Of a DNA stretch of 64,000 nt, positions 48,256-60,200 are shown one piece after another. Within the stretch, counting starts at the first letter, position 1. Every line of letters starts with the position of its first letter. The stretch spans positions 1-64,000 of the forward strand of contig MEDY01000240.1 of NCBI GenBank assembly GCA_001724265.1, written 5' to 3'. A program made the position numbers and the translations under genes. The DNA is from Rhizaria sp. SCN 62-66 (lineage: Eukaryota). Under the pieces are notes generated by a model. It saw only the letters and a list, made by a program, of their open reading frames with translations. It did no database searches and was not told the origin of the DNA.

Positions 48256-51200
48256 TTACATGTGTTCCGCGGCAGCCATAAACTGTTTCTCCACGTCGAT
48301 CAGCGCCCCCGTCCTTCGCAGCACCCGCACCGTTCCATTCGCCATGCCCACCACAATTGCGCCGGTGCGCCGACACTGCGCCACCGCGGTGACCGCGACA
48401 ACCTCCTGCCGCGCCACCAGCGCCGCCGCCGCGGCCGCGACCGGGGCGGGGGCGGCGCGCGCCGCTGCGAGGCGGGCGGCCGCGGAAGGCAGCGGGGCGC
48501 GGAAGTCCCAGCCGGGGCCGCAGCTGGCCGTCGCGCGCGCCGCGGGCAGAGCCTCGCCCGTTACGACACCGGCACCAGCGCCAGCGCCGGTGGCGGCGGT
48601 GGAACCAGCAGCAACACTCGCGCCAACGCCCAGAGCACCAGCGGCAGCGTCGGTTCCATCATTGGCGGTGAAAATGATGTTGTTGGCCGCCATCGAGTTG
48701 AGGTGTGAGACCGACTGCGCGAGCACGAGGCCGGGACCACCGACCTTGACCGAGTGCAAAGGAGTAACCGAGAGCTGTGGTAGCGCGCGGGGCGGGCCGG
48801 CGTCGGAGTGTGAGGCGCTTGCAGCAGAGCGGGGAGAATAGCCACCAGGCTTGGGGACGAAGGACTGTCCCGAGACAAAGCCAGCGCTGTCGTCGCAAAC
48901 ACAATCAGCCGCGCGATCGCGCTTCCGTTCGTGGACAATTTGTGTTGCAGATAAAGCGATAGCGTCGCGCTTGAGGGTTGCTAGCGCGAGATCTGAATCG
49001 TAAGTAGAAACATCGATACCGTCAGCGGGGGTGTTAATAGTCTCCACTATTTTCGAGGCAGCATGTGCATCGTCTGAGCTATGCAAAGCACAGCATTGGC
49101 CACACAGACTGCAGTTGTAATAAAAGGTCTCAGTTGCGGTCGCCGGTGATCCAATAGACGATCGAGGGGCAAATGGCGCGGACACTGGGAGTGTGCGAAG
49201 GAACAGTAGAGATGCTGCCTCAAGAGCAAGCGCGTTCAGAGTCGATGTGCTCACAGTCGCAGTCCCAAGCGAAACTGAAGTAAAGCCCGTGTTGGTACCC
49301 GAGATCGAGCGCGCACGGGAGCTTGATTGCGAGTCGTCGTCTCTGTCATCCTCAAGCTTGAGCTCGAATTCCGAGCCCGAGCCCGAGTCAGACTCGGAGT
49401 CGGAGACACACGCAGTATTGCCGTGAGTGTCATCATCACCGCTGCTGTATTCGTTGCCATCCTCGACAGAAGCAGCGGCAACAGGCGAGGCTGCCACGGC
49501 TGCAGTTTCTTTGTCAGCAGAAGTGGGGGCTGACGGGGTCGCCAGCTTGACTTCGTTGTCTTCAGAGTCGCCAGCGCTAACCGCAGCGGAGACTGAGGCG
49601 GTAGTGGCAGAGGCTGGGCGAGTGAAAAACATGTCCAGCCTCGACTGCTTCGGCAGTGGCTGCGCCTGCCTCTGTGGATGTGGCGGCTTCGGCTGGGAGT
49701 TACTCGTACTTGAGCTGGTCTTGCTTGAGCTGGCCGCCTCAGTCTTCACGGTCGCGGACGCAGCGCTGCCACCGGAAGGGCTGGCTGACTTGGGACTTTT
49801 GTGATTACCTGTGTTAATAGGGCTCACTTTAGTGTCCAACTCCGATTTCGTCAAACCGCTTGACGCATTCAAGCGATGATTGTGGGCGGGTTTTTCGCCG
49901 CCTTGACCGTATTCGCTTTTGTTGTCGTTGCTTTTGCTCCTGGCGCCGAGGTGGCTACTGTGGTAGATCGCAGCCCTAATATACGGCGTAAGTGCTATGG
50001 CAACTGCGCGCAGCACGCTACCACCGCCGTTCTCGCGGAACAAAGACAGGGCCGCTGCAACCGTGCGGACACGGCAGCTATAACAAGCCCCCGCGGCCGC
50101 AGCAGATTTTGCAGAATTCGAGAATGTGTTCACGCTTTCTCCGCCAAAGCTGTTATTTGTGTCGAGTCGAAGATCAGCAACGTTGCCTGTGGAGCTGTTG
50201 CTACAAGGAAGCGACGCAGGCTGGGGCGGGCGGCACTGGTGTTGTTGGTGATGTTCCTTATGTTCAAGTTGAAATTGCTGTTGTTGTTGCATAAATATGG
50301 TCTTAGCAGAAACAAAGTCCGTTTTCACTGTTGCATCTGAAACAGTCGATGTGGCACTGACTTTGTGAGAATTGCTGTTTCCGTCAGTATCAAACTGACG
50401 CATGCGCGCGCTTTGCTGTTGACCTTGTTTTAGTTGCTGATATCGCTGCTGAAACATCCGCAATGTCGCTTGTCCGTTAGCACTGACATCACCCAGCACG
50501 CGAGTGCTCGGAGAGCTGTCGTCATCATCATCAGTAAGATCAGACAGTCCGTCGACGCTGCGGTGCGTCGACGTGCTCTTCGAGTTGCTCTGCCTTTGGT
50601 CGTCATAGTCGTCGTCCTCGTCGTCGCTGCCACTGCTGCCATCACGCCGGTGCCTGTTATTGCTAGTGAAAACCCTGTGAAATCCACCGTTGCCGACTTG
50701 CACGCGACCCAAAGTCACGTTTGAGCCAGACAGTAACTGTGCGCGCTTCCCATTGGCGAGTCGCAGTGTGTTGTTCAAGGCGACATCCGCATCATCAGCC
50801 AAACCGCCGCTGCTGCGCCAGAGGGCAGTCGCAACAAGCGGTGCTGCCGCAGTCGCCGCTTGGGTCAAAGCCTCAGCAGGCATTGTTGCACTAACGTTGA
50901 CTTGAGTAACGTCACTATTCGTGTGTTTGTTACGACCGATGTCGTGGTCGCATTTCGCGAGAAGATATGACAGTAGTTTCTCCCCAACCAACCCAGCGCC
51001 GTTGCCACCGTGCCCAGCCGCGGCCGCAGCAGCAGCGACCTTGGCGCCCCGACTGCTGTTTTGGCCGTGGCCGTTGCCGCTGCTCTTGCTCTTCGCGCTG
51101 GCGAGGCTGTCCATCGTGCGCGCGCGGGAGAGCGCAGTGACCAGGAGCAGCGCGGCGCGCAATCGGGGCAGCGCCGCGCGGAGCAGGCGGGTGGCCTCTA

Positions 51201-54200
51201 CCTGCAAGGACACCGCGGCCGCACAACTGACGCCATCAACGCCGGCAGCCTTAGCGTTGTCGCCTACGGCAGCACTCGTGTCGTTGCAGTCGAGAACGTT
51301 GTTATTGCAACTGTTGTCTGTTGTTGAGGTGGGGTGATCACGTGACAAGATCGGGGCCGTGAAGACTGTCTGCTTCGGTGCGTACAAGCTTAGGCCAGCG
51401 CTGCTACCGCCACTGCCCCAACCACCACTCGCGTTCACGCTGCGAGAATGTGTGTTTGTGCAGGGCTTGAATGTTGCGTTTAGACTTGAGGCAAAACCTG
51501 TCGCGCCAAAAGGTGATGATGCTACGGCCGTCAAAGCTGTACCCGAACCGGGGTTGCTGCCGTTGCGCAATGATGAAGCCTTCACACTGGCTGCCGTAGC
51601 GGCAGTACTCAGAGAGCTTAGCAAGTCGTCAAAACTAGAGTTGCTGGCGTTGGTGCTTTGATTGGGACTGTCTAAAGTCTCTAAGCGGGCGACAACGCCA
51701 AAAAGCCCTGCATGTACATCATCAGCAGACTTTTCGCCCAGAGCGTCGACAGGGTTAGTGATGGGATTAAACGAGTCAGTCGCGGAGCTAGAAGCGGGCG
51801 ATGCTGCTGCTAAAGCTGAAGCCGATGCGGCCGAGACCAAGGCAGAGTGCGAGCCTGTGACAGCGGCAAAGTGCAGCCAGTTAGTATCATCTCCGAACGC
51901 GACCACACTCAACCCGCTCCGGCCATTGAGGCTGTGGCCACTGCCCGCCGCAGCGCCGCCGGCGAGGCTCACGAAGGAGAACTTGCGGTAGTTGTCGCCG
52001 CGCGCGAGCGGCATGCGATGCTGCGGCGGCGGCAGCATGAAGCTATGCGCGGGCCGGCCGGAGCGCAGAAAGGACTCGATCAGCAGCCTGTCGCGCGCGC
52101 GGGCCTGTTGCTGCTGTTGCTGCTGGAGCTGTTGTTGCTGCAGCAAGGCAATAGTCTGGGCTTGCGTTAGAGCTGACGCCGGTAAACGCGGTTGCTGCTG
52201 TTGTTGCTGTTGTTGTTGTGGATGCTGCTGATGTTGTGCCTGGGATTGAACACTGCTTCGCTCGAAAGCACGGGGGCGGGAGCTCGAGCGAAGTGCCATA
52301 TCGTGCAAGTGCCTCGCGGGCGCCGGCGTCGGCGCGTACAGACTCGAGACGGCGCCCGTGGCCAGGTCAAACGCGATCAGCGCAAGCCCCGCGGTTTGGG
52401 CCACGAGCACCGACGGCCGCTGCGGGTGCGTCGCCGCGCTAAGAACGCCAAAGCCCGCGGAGGCGAGCGCTGCGGCCGCCGTGGGGGAGAGCAGCGGCGG
52501 GGGTGGCAGCTGGCCGGGACCGAAGCTACTGGCAGACATTGCCGCCGTTGCCGCTGTCGCTGATGTGAAGGCCGATAAAGAAGCGCGAGAGGGGGCTGCG
52601 GTGGCGGTGACGGCTAAGTCGGTGAGCAGGCGACGGCCGCAGAGCCAGGAGCGGCTTGACTTCAAGCTGTCGAGAGCCATGACGGCGGAGACGGCAGCTG
52701 CAGAAGCTGCTGCTGGCGCCATGTGAGCCGTATCATGCGCTGCAGCGGGGGCTAGGTGACTGTGAGAAGCTGTGTTGAGTTTACTGTGATACGAGGCAGG
52801 TGGGGGATATACGCACAGTTCCACACGACGGGGATCGACATCAGTAGCATCAGCTGAATCATTGCTCTTTGGAGTGAAGCCGTCATTATTCATAGACTTT
52901 GATTGAAAGTAAAAGTAGTCGTCATCGTCGTCATCATCGTCGTCATCGTCATCTCGCATGTTCTCTTTCTTGCCCCCCGTCGTACCGCAGCCGCCGCCAC
53001 CACCGCTCTCCAGGTACAACGCGCGGCCCGCCCGCGCCTCCCGCTCCGCCCACTGCTCCCACGCCACGGCTTCGGCCACAGCGGCCTCCAGCGCCAGCGT
53101 CGGCAGGTGCAGCCCGCCGAAGCCGCCGCCGCCCGCGCCAGAGCCCGCGGCAATGACCGAGAGCCCGAAGGCGCGGAGGTCGAGCACGTCCAGGTGCCCG
53201 CTCGCGGTGACCGTGAGCAGCGTGTGCGAGCTCGACGACAGTAGCGGCGCGACGAGCGGGTGCGACGCCGCGAAACCGGGGCCATGGCTCTAGACAGCAT
53301 TAGAATGACTGTGCGACAGGCTCGTGTGCGCTGCGAAGGCTTTGTTGTAGCTCGAACTGAAGATGTCTACCTCGCTACCGCAGTGCATATCATGCCTGCT
53401 GCTGGCGCTGGACGGCTCTACATCTGCGTCTGGGAACACGACCGAGACGATGCGTTTGTCGACGGTGGTCGTGCAGGTGGAGAGCGATGAATGCAGCGAT
53501 TGCGGGCTCACGCCCCAGACAGACATCAGCGACGAGGCCGCCGCGGAGGCGAACGCAGTCGCGGCGGTGCGCGTGCTGGCGCTCGCAGCCGCACTCGCAG
53601 AGCTGGTGGCGTTTGAGGTTGAAACAGGCGATGACAGACCAGAGTCTCCAGATGCAGTTACGTTTGCAGTCGCTGCGGCTGCTGCGGCGGCAGAGGCAGC
53701 CTTCTCCGCCGCGCTTGCAGCCTCTTTCAGAGCATACTGCGTCCAGCTGTCGACGCTCGGCGCGATACGGTAGTAAATACCGGAGCCAACGCTGGTCACG
53801 GAGGACGTAGTGCTTGACCGGAGCACATTGTGGCAGCTGGAGGCGACTGCGGTAACGCCGTTAAGCGGCAAGTTAAGCCGCCAACTTGGTGGGGCGGCGG
53901 CCGTGAGAGCGTCAGACTGCACCGAGACGTGGGCGGCGTTATTGTTTGTGCTGAAGTTGCTATCCGCGCTGGCAGTGTGGTGCGTGTGAGTGTGGCTGTT
54001 TGTGCGTGTGTTCATGTTGTTGTCTGAGAATAAACTGTACTCGTCATCGTCGTCATCGTCGTTAATCGCGCTACTGCTGCGGACAAATCCGCCCCGAGCG
54101 CCTACACCGCCGGTATAGTTCGTCCCCGCAGCAGAATTAGCACGGATGCCGGCGGTGCTGTTCATTGCGCTATTACTGTTGCTGTTGCTGTAGCGCGATG

Positions 54201-56931
54201 TAAACACCGGACTCGACCGCCCACTGCTCACACCGGCGGAGTTCGCGCCGCCCCCGCCGCTGTTGTTGTTGTTGTTACCGCCAAGCAGCAGCCTGTGCGC
54301 AGTGCTCACAGTCTCCTTGTAGGCGGGCATGCGCACGTCCCAGACGAGCGTGTGGCCGCCCTCGGTGCCCGCGACGACAACGGCGGGCGCGTGCGGCGTG
54401 GCGGCTAGTGCTGTGAAGCGCGTCGTTGTGTTGTACAGCGAGGACGGCAGCAGCAGCGTCGTGTACGGCCGCAGCGACATTGTTGGCGCCGTCGCCGTCG
54501 TCGGCGCCGCGCTGGGAAAGCGCACCGTGACGGTGCCGTCTGCGCGATCGCCCACGCTGCCAAATATATCGTCATCATCATCACTATCATTGCTGTCGTC
54601 GTCTTTAACATGAACGGAGTTGTTGCTGTGGGAAGTTGCGAAAGAAGCGTTCTGGACAGTCGCATCAATAACATTTTTGTAGTCGCAGGCCGTGGTATAT
54701 GCTGACTGTGATGGCGCGAGCAGCTGGGAGCTTGTGTTCGCAACCGCCTTACCAGTCGCGATATTCAAGCACTGCTGATGGGTACTAGTAACACTGTTCG
54801 TGTTTGCAGTGTCAGCGGACGCGTTATCGACAATGGACATCAGTGAGTCCCACCGGCTATGCTCACAGTCACCAGTTAGATCAGCGCTACCTCTTAGAGA
54901 CTCGCTGTGACTGCTGCTTAAAGCACAATCGTCAACAGTCGGTGCAAGCACGGCGCCGCGCGAGGCGACGAAGCGCAGCAGCGCGCCAGTTGTCACCACG
55001 TCGGCATCGATCGCGGCGACCGCGGCAACAGGAGACGGTGCAGCGTCAGATGATGCATTTTGCGAAATTTGTTGTGTCGATTCGCGGATTCGCGCCAGAA
55101 CAACACGTGAGTCGCTCTGGGCACTGTTTAAACCAGGTGATGTTGTTGTGACTAAACAACGCCTCTTGTTGTGCGAGAACAGTTGGGTATCGTCGTCTTC
55201 AATGTTGTCGTCTTCGTGCGCATCGTGAGCGACGGTGACGGCGGTACTCAGTAGCAACCGCCTCCGTCGCTGCTGGAGCTTCTCTAAACGAAAGCCGTGC
55301 CTCTGTCGCTGCAGCTGCCCCACGCTCAACGCGTAGCTCGACGCCACGTGCGCGCGGCCGCTTGCGACCGCGAAGCCCTGCACGAGCCGTAACGTCTCCC
55401 GGCTGCCGGCGCCCACAACGCTCGTGCGCCCGGCCAACACCGCAGCGCCGGACGCAGCCACAGAGCCCTGACCGCTGTGGTGACCAGGTGTGAGTGTCAG
55501 CATAGAGTTAATGTTGGCTATCGGGTTAGATAGGAATGATATGTCGTAAATATAGGCCGCTTTGGACGAAAACCCGACGACTGCGAGCAAACCGCCTTTG
55601 TCTGCTCCAAAGCCACCAGTGCAAGCACTTAGGTTAGAGCCAAGTGTAGCACTGATATTTTTATCTATGTTTGAGTCAGCTTTACCACTGGTGCCGCTGG
55701 TTGTGTTGCTGTAGCGAGGGGACATCCCCGTAGCAACAACAGCAGCGGGTGCGGGCAAAAAGCGCATCGCTGTGACTTTGCTGCCAATGCTAAACGCAAT
55801 CGCCGCAGTCGCGCCTGCGCTGGCAGCAGTGCCCGCATTTGTGACAGGGCTGGCTGCAGCATTAGTTGCAGCCGGGCCTGAAACCAGCGGCTTCAGCGCC
55901 TGGCTCGCCCCGGTCTCAGCACCGATCGCACTTGCGCTCGCAGCGCTAATACTGCTGTTGGGATTATGCGACGGGAATACAGCGCTGTTGAGCGTCGCCT
56001 CAGCGTGTTCGCTGCCGTCCCAGCCGTTGTCCTCAACACTGCATTTGCCCTTAGCAGTCGCGTGACGAGTGCGGAAACTTGTACCAAAGCGAATTGAGTG
56101 TTCTTTTAATACAGTCTCAATCGCGCCTGCAGCCAGCTCGCGCAAAGTCACAGAGCTACGCCGTAAACCTGCATTGTTGGCACTGGCTGCACTCCCACTT
56201 ACACTCGAGACTGAGGTACCTACATTGAAGTCAGTCCTGCTCAGACCACGACTGTTATCGTCGCCAATGCAGCCATCCTCCGCGGCGGCGGCGCGGTGCA
56301 CGGCCGTGGCGAGCGGCGTTGCGGCGATCGCGAGCCCGGGCGCCGCGTGCGTGTCGGCAAGGAAAAGCAGGTGCCGTACAACGGCGTTCTCGACGGCGGC
56401 GGCGACGAGGCGGCCGTCGCGCACGCCGAACTCGCGCAGTAGCGACACAACGCGGCCGCAATTCAGCGCGGAGAGGTCCAGCTGCGCAAGCACCTCGCTC
56501 GGGGGGCAGAACGGGAGCGCGGAGGCCGCGGGCGCGGAAGCAGCGGCGGTGGCGGAGCTAGAAGAGGAGGGGGGAGAGCAGAGGAGCTCGCGCTGCACCA
56601 CGAAGTCCATGTGGGTACGCGCGTCGCCAATAACCAACTTGGATAACGCGTTGGCAACGTGGGTAATGCGCGCGCAAAAGTCTTCGTATGCATTTTCAAA
56701 TGAATACACCTCGATCAAGCCCGCGTACGTCGCAGATGCCAGGAGGGAGCCATCCGGCGAGAAATCCAGCGCGATTACGGGGCTTTCATCAGCGCCGGAG
56801 AAGCGCGACGCGTTTGACAAGCCACGTGGGGTAAAAAACCATGGCATAAGACGGTATTGAGAAGCAGCGTCTACTGCGGAAGGGAGAGGCGGGCCGAATG
56901 GGACGGCGGCGTCATGGCCGCAGATGTCCAT
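48256..56931 (-). CDS. giant WD40-repeat protein with low-complexity inserts, ~2891 aa, with in-frame TAG at 53290-53292
   Basis: Blades VIALDFSPDGSLLASATYAGLIEVY, FTALAATPHAPAVVVAGTEGGHTLVWDVR, LLTVTASGHLDVLDLR and VTAVAQCRRTGAIVVGMANGTVRVL. The two track ORFs are in the same frame, separated by a single TAG. Ends TAA. Confidence 0.75.
53290..53292 (-). other. in-frame TAG (putative sense codon)
   Basis: ...TCT AAT GCT GTC TAG AGC CAT GGC CCC...; the frame continues ~1680 codons to TAA. Confidence 0.6.
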
Positions 56932-57253
56932 CAGGAGCCTCTGCGGGGGCAGGGATAAACAGATATAAACATGGGATTTAGACAATATAATTACATACTA
57001 TAGTATGAAAGTCACAATCCTATTCAATAAAGTTGGATCATTTCAATAGACGGATCCTGTGATGTACATCACTCACTGCGATGAGGGTGAACAGAGCGCG
57101 AAAGCAAGACTCGCCGCTTGCCAGTCGCTGGTGGTTGCTGGCAGGGGGGTCTCCCAACGGCTCGATCGGATCGCGAACTTTGTTTTCAAATCTCGTTGCC
57201 TTAACATCCGTGTAATTGTCTGCCAGGCAATTGCTTCGGATTTTTGTGTAAGT

Positions 57254-60200
57254 ATGCAAACACAGACATTTTCCCTGCCTCCCGGAGTGCGTGGGGACGT
57301 CTTGGGTGAGATCGCCCTGACGATCGACCGCGTGCAGTGGGCAGTCAAGGGCAGCAGCAAAGTTGGTCTTCCCGCAGGGCCAGTCTTTGTCCGCGCGAAA
57401 TGGTGGGGTGACGAAGGCGTGAACGGCGCGTCTATTTTCCTCCCTGCTACATACCCGTTGCGTCCTTCACAACAAGACACTCTCAAAAACACCATTGTGT
57501 ACGGTGTTCGTGGCGACATCAGTCGCTACCTTTCTGGTTCGTCCCTCTTCTTTCTCTTGCTTCATGTAATGACAACTTCCACTCTGACAAATGAGCACAT
57601 ATAGTTCACTAAATGTGTTATTTTATTCTCACAATGCGTTATACTCTGGCTTGTGTTTATCTTTGTCCGAAACTCTCTCCTCGCAGACATGAAGCTGCTG
57701 GTGTGCGACGTCTTCCCCCTCGAAGCCTCCTTCGACGCCGCGGCCGTGCGCCGCGAGAGCTACAAGAAGGCCTCCCGCATCCTATGGCCGAACCGCCGGC
57801 TGCCCGCGACGCCGGCGCCCGCGCCGCTGGCCGTGGCCGTCGCCGACCTCACCACCTTCGTCGACCTCCTCTCGCAACGCGACAGCAACACAAGCAAGGC
57901 CAACGCAGCCAACGCCACTGCTGCTGCGGATACAGCGCTGCCATCGACGAGCATCTGCATTGACGTGCCGATTGTGCAGGCCACGCGCGTCCTGGGCCAG
58001 CTTTCGCTGCACCTGGCATTCACGCCCTTGTCGGGGCTGCCGCAGTTGCTGGCCCCGGGCCCCGCCGCCGCCGCCAAGGCCGCCGCTGCCGCCGCTGCCG
58101 CGAAGGGCCAGGTCAGGGCGGGCGCTGAGGCCGCGGCCGCGCTGGGGGCGGCGCAGGAGCACCCCTTCGACCAGTTCCCTACTGTAGCTACTGCTGCTGA
58201 TCCCGCCATCAACACTAACACTTCCGCTGCGACGGCGGCGGTGGCAAGCGCACCTCGCGAGAGCGCCGCTGGCGGCAACGCTGCTGCTGCGGCTGCTGGT
58301 ATGTGGCGGCCGCAGTCGCCGACGTTGCAGTCGCCGTCGCCGCGGGCGCCTCTCAATGGCCAAGGCCTCCACGATGTCTCCACACAGCATCAGCAGCACC
58401 AGCAGCAACTGCAGCAGCAGCAGCAGCAGCAGTATACTGGGAGCAACAACGGCAGCATGACCGAGACGGCGAACCTGCTCTTGACCCCCCGCCCTCTCAC
58501 CCAAGGCCAGCAGCAGCAACAGCAGCAGTATGCCCAGCAGCAGCAGCAGTATCAGTCTCAATCTCACTACAGCAGTGACGCGCAGCTGCTGCAGTCCCCC
58601 CAGCCCCAGCATCTCTCCTCGCAGCTCAGCAACAACAACAGCAGCAGCGGCGGCATCAACGTCAACGCAAGCGTGTCTGTGAGCAGCCGCGACCGCGATC
58701 ATGGCTGCGACCGCGAGCGCGCGTCGGCTTACGGCGCAAACCTGCCGCAGATGCCCCTCCCTCAGCCCCAAGACCAACAACAGCAGCAGCAACAACAGTA
58801 GCAGCACGCAGCGAGCTCTAGCTCTAGCTCAAGCGCGAGCGCTACCTCTGCCTCAGGTGCCCGCTCTGGCACTGGCTCTGCGCTGGACTCGCTGTTCCCG
58901 CCGATGCCGCTGAGCGCAAGCGCGCACCCCGACCTGCTCGCCCTGCGGCTGACCGTGGAGCAGGCGTCTCTCTTCGCCGCCGATGCCGCACTCGCCTCGG
59001 CAGTCTACACGGGCCGCCTCCCCGCACCCGCGCTCGCGCCCCCGCCCCTCGCTGCGCTCTCCGCGGCGGCGTCCGCCGCGCCCGGGTCGATTGGCGCGCG
59101 CGCGGCGGCGGCGGCGACGTTCGCGACGGGCTACGTCTACGCTACGATCACACCCTGCCCCTCGGCGCTGGCCACCGCCGCCACCACCGCCGCCGCGCGC
59201 GCCGCCGCCGACGAGGGCTACAGCAGCAGCGTTGCGTTTAGCAACGGCGTTTACGCGCCCGCGCCGCCGCTGGCCGCAATCCCGCTCGACTCTGCGCCGT
59301 TCGTGACGCCTCTCGTGCCCGCGCGGCCGCACCCACGCTGGCTCAGCACCAACACAGTTCCGCGCATCTTCTCCGCGCACCTGCCCGCAGCGCTGCGCGG
59401 AATGCGGCTCCGCTTCCGCGTGCACTGGTGCCCGCCGCACGTCGCGGCGATGCTCCGAGTCAGCGGCTACCTGCCGCCGACCGTGGGCGGCCATAGTACG
59501 GACGCGGGAGCCGAGTCGACTGGCTCTAGCCCCCTCGACGCGCACACCCGCGACGCCACCGCCGTGGCCGTGACCGTGGCCGGGGTCGGCGCCGCGAGCA
59601 CGACGTGCCACGCCACCGCCGCCGCCGCGGGTGCAGCGGCCGGCGCCTATTACGGCCCCCACCAGCAGCAGCAGCAGCGCGGGGGGCTGGGGCGCGGCGG
59701 ATGCCTGCGCCCGGCGGCATGCGGCTGCGGCCACTGCGGCTGCCCTGTCTGGGCCATCTACCGCCACGGCAGCAACTCTAGCTCTCGCATCTCCGATGCT
59801 GACCCCAGTAGTGCGAGCAGCAGCGCAGCGGTGGGTGCGGCGGGTCCTGTGTCGCGGCTGCAGCGGCTGCTGGACTCGGCCACTGCCCCCGGCTCCGGCT
59901 CTGGCTCTGGCTCCAGTTTTGGCTCTGGCTTGGGAGCGAGCGCTAGCGGCGGCTCGAGCTGGGGCGGCTACAGCATCGTCCGCGCCGACGCCCGCCCCCT
60001 CACGACGAGTGCCTCTGGCCCCAGCCAGCACGGGGGCTCGCTGTTCGCGCACGCCGCCGAGGGACTGGCGACGCAGTTGGCTACCGCGCTGCGCGGAGTC
60101 GCCGCCGCGCGCGCCGTACCGCCCCTGCTCTCCCCGCTGCCGCTGCCCGCTGTCACCACGACGACGACTGGCGGCGCGAGCGGCGGCGATGTGGAGTGCG

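Noticed and set aside
57130-57235. X-box-like words (GTTGCTGGCAG, GTTGCCTTAAC, TGCCAGGCAA) upstream of the C2CD3-like gene
   Set aside because: The matches are imperfect, not clearly shared with the other ciliary genes, and RFX presence in this lineage is unknown.
58799-58900. Pyrrolysine or selenocysteine-type recoding at the TAGs
   Set aside because: The sites are in non-catalytic low-complexity regions, I saw no shared downstream hairpin, Sec uses UGA, and no pyl genes are present.
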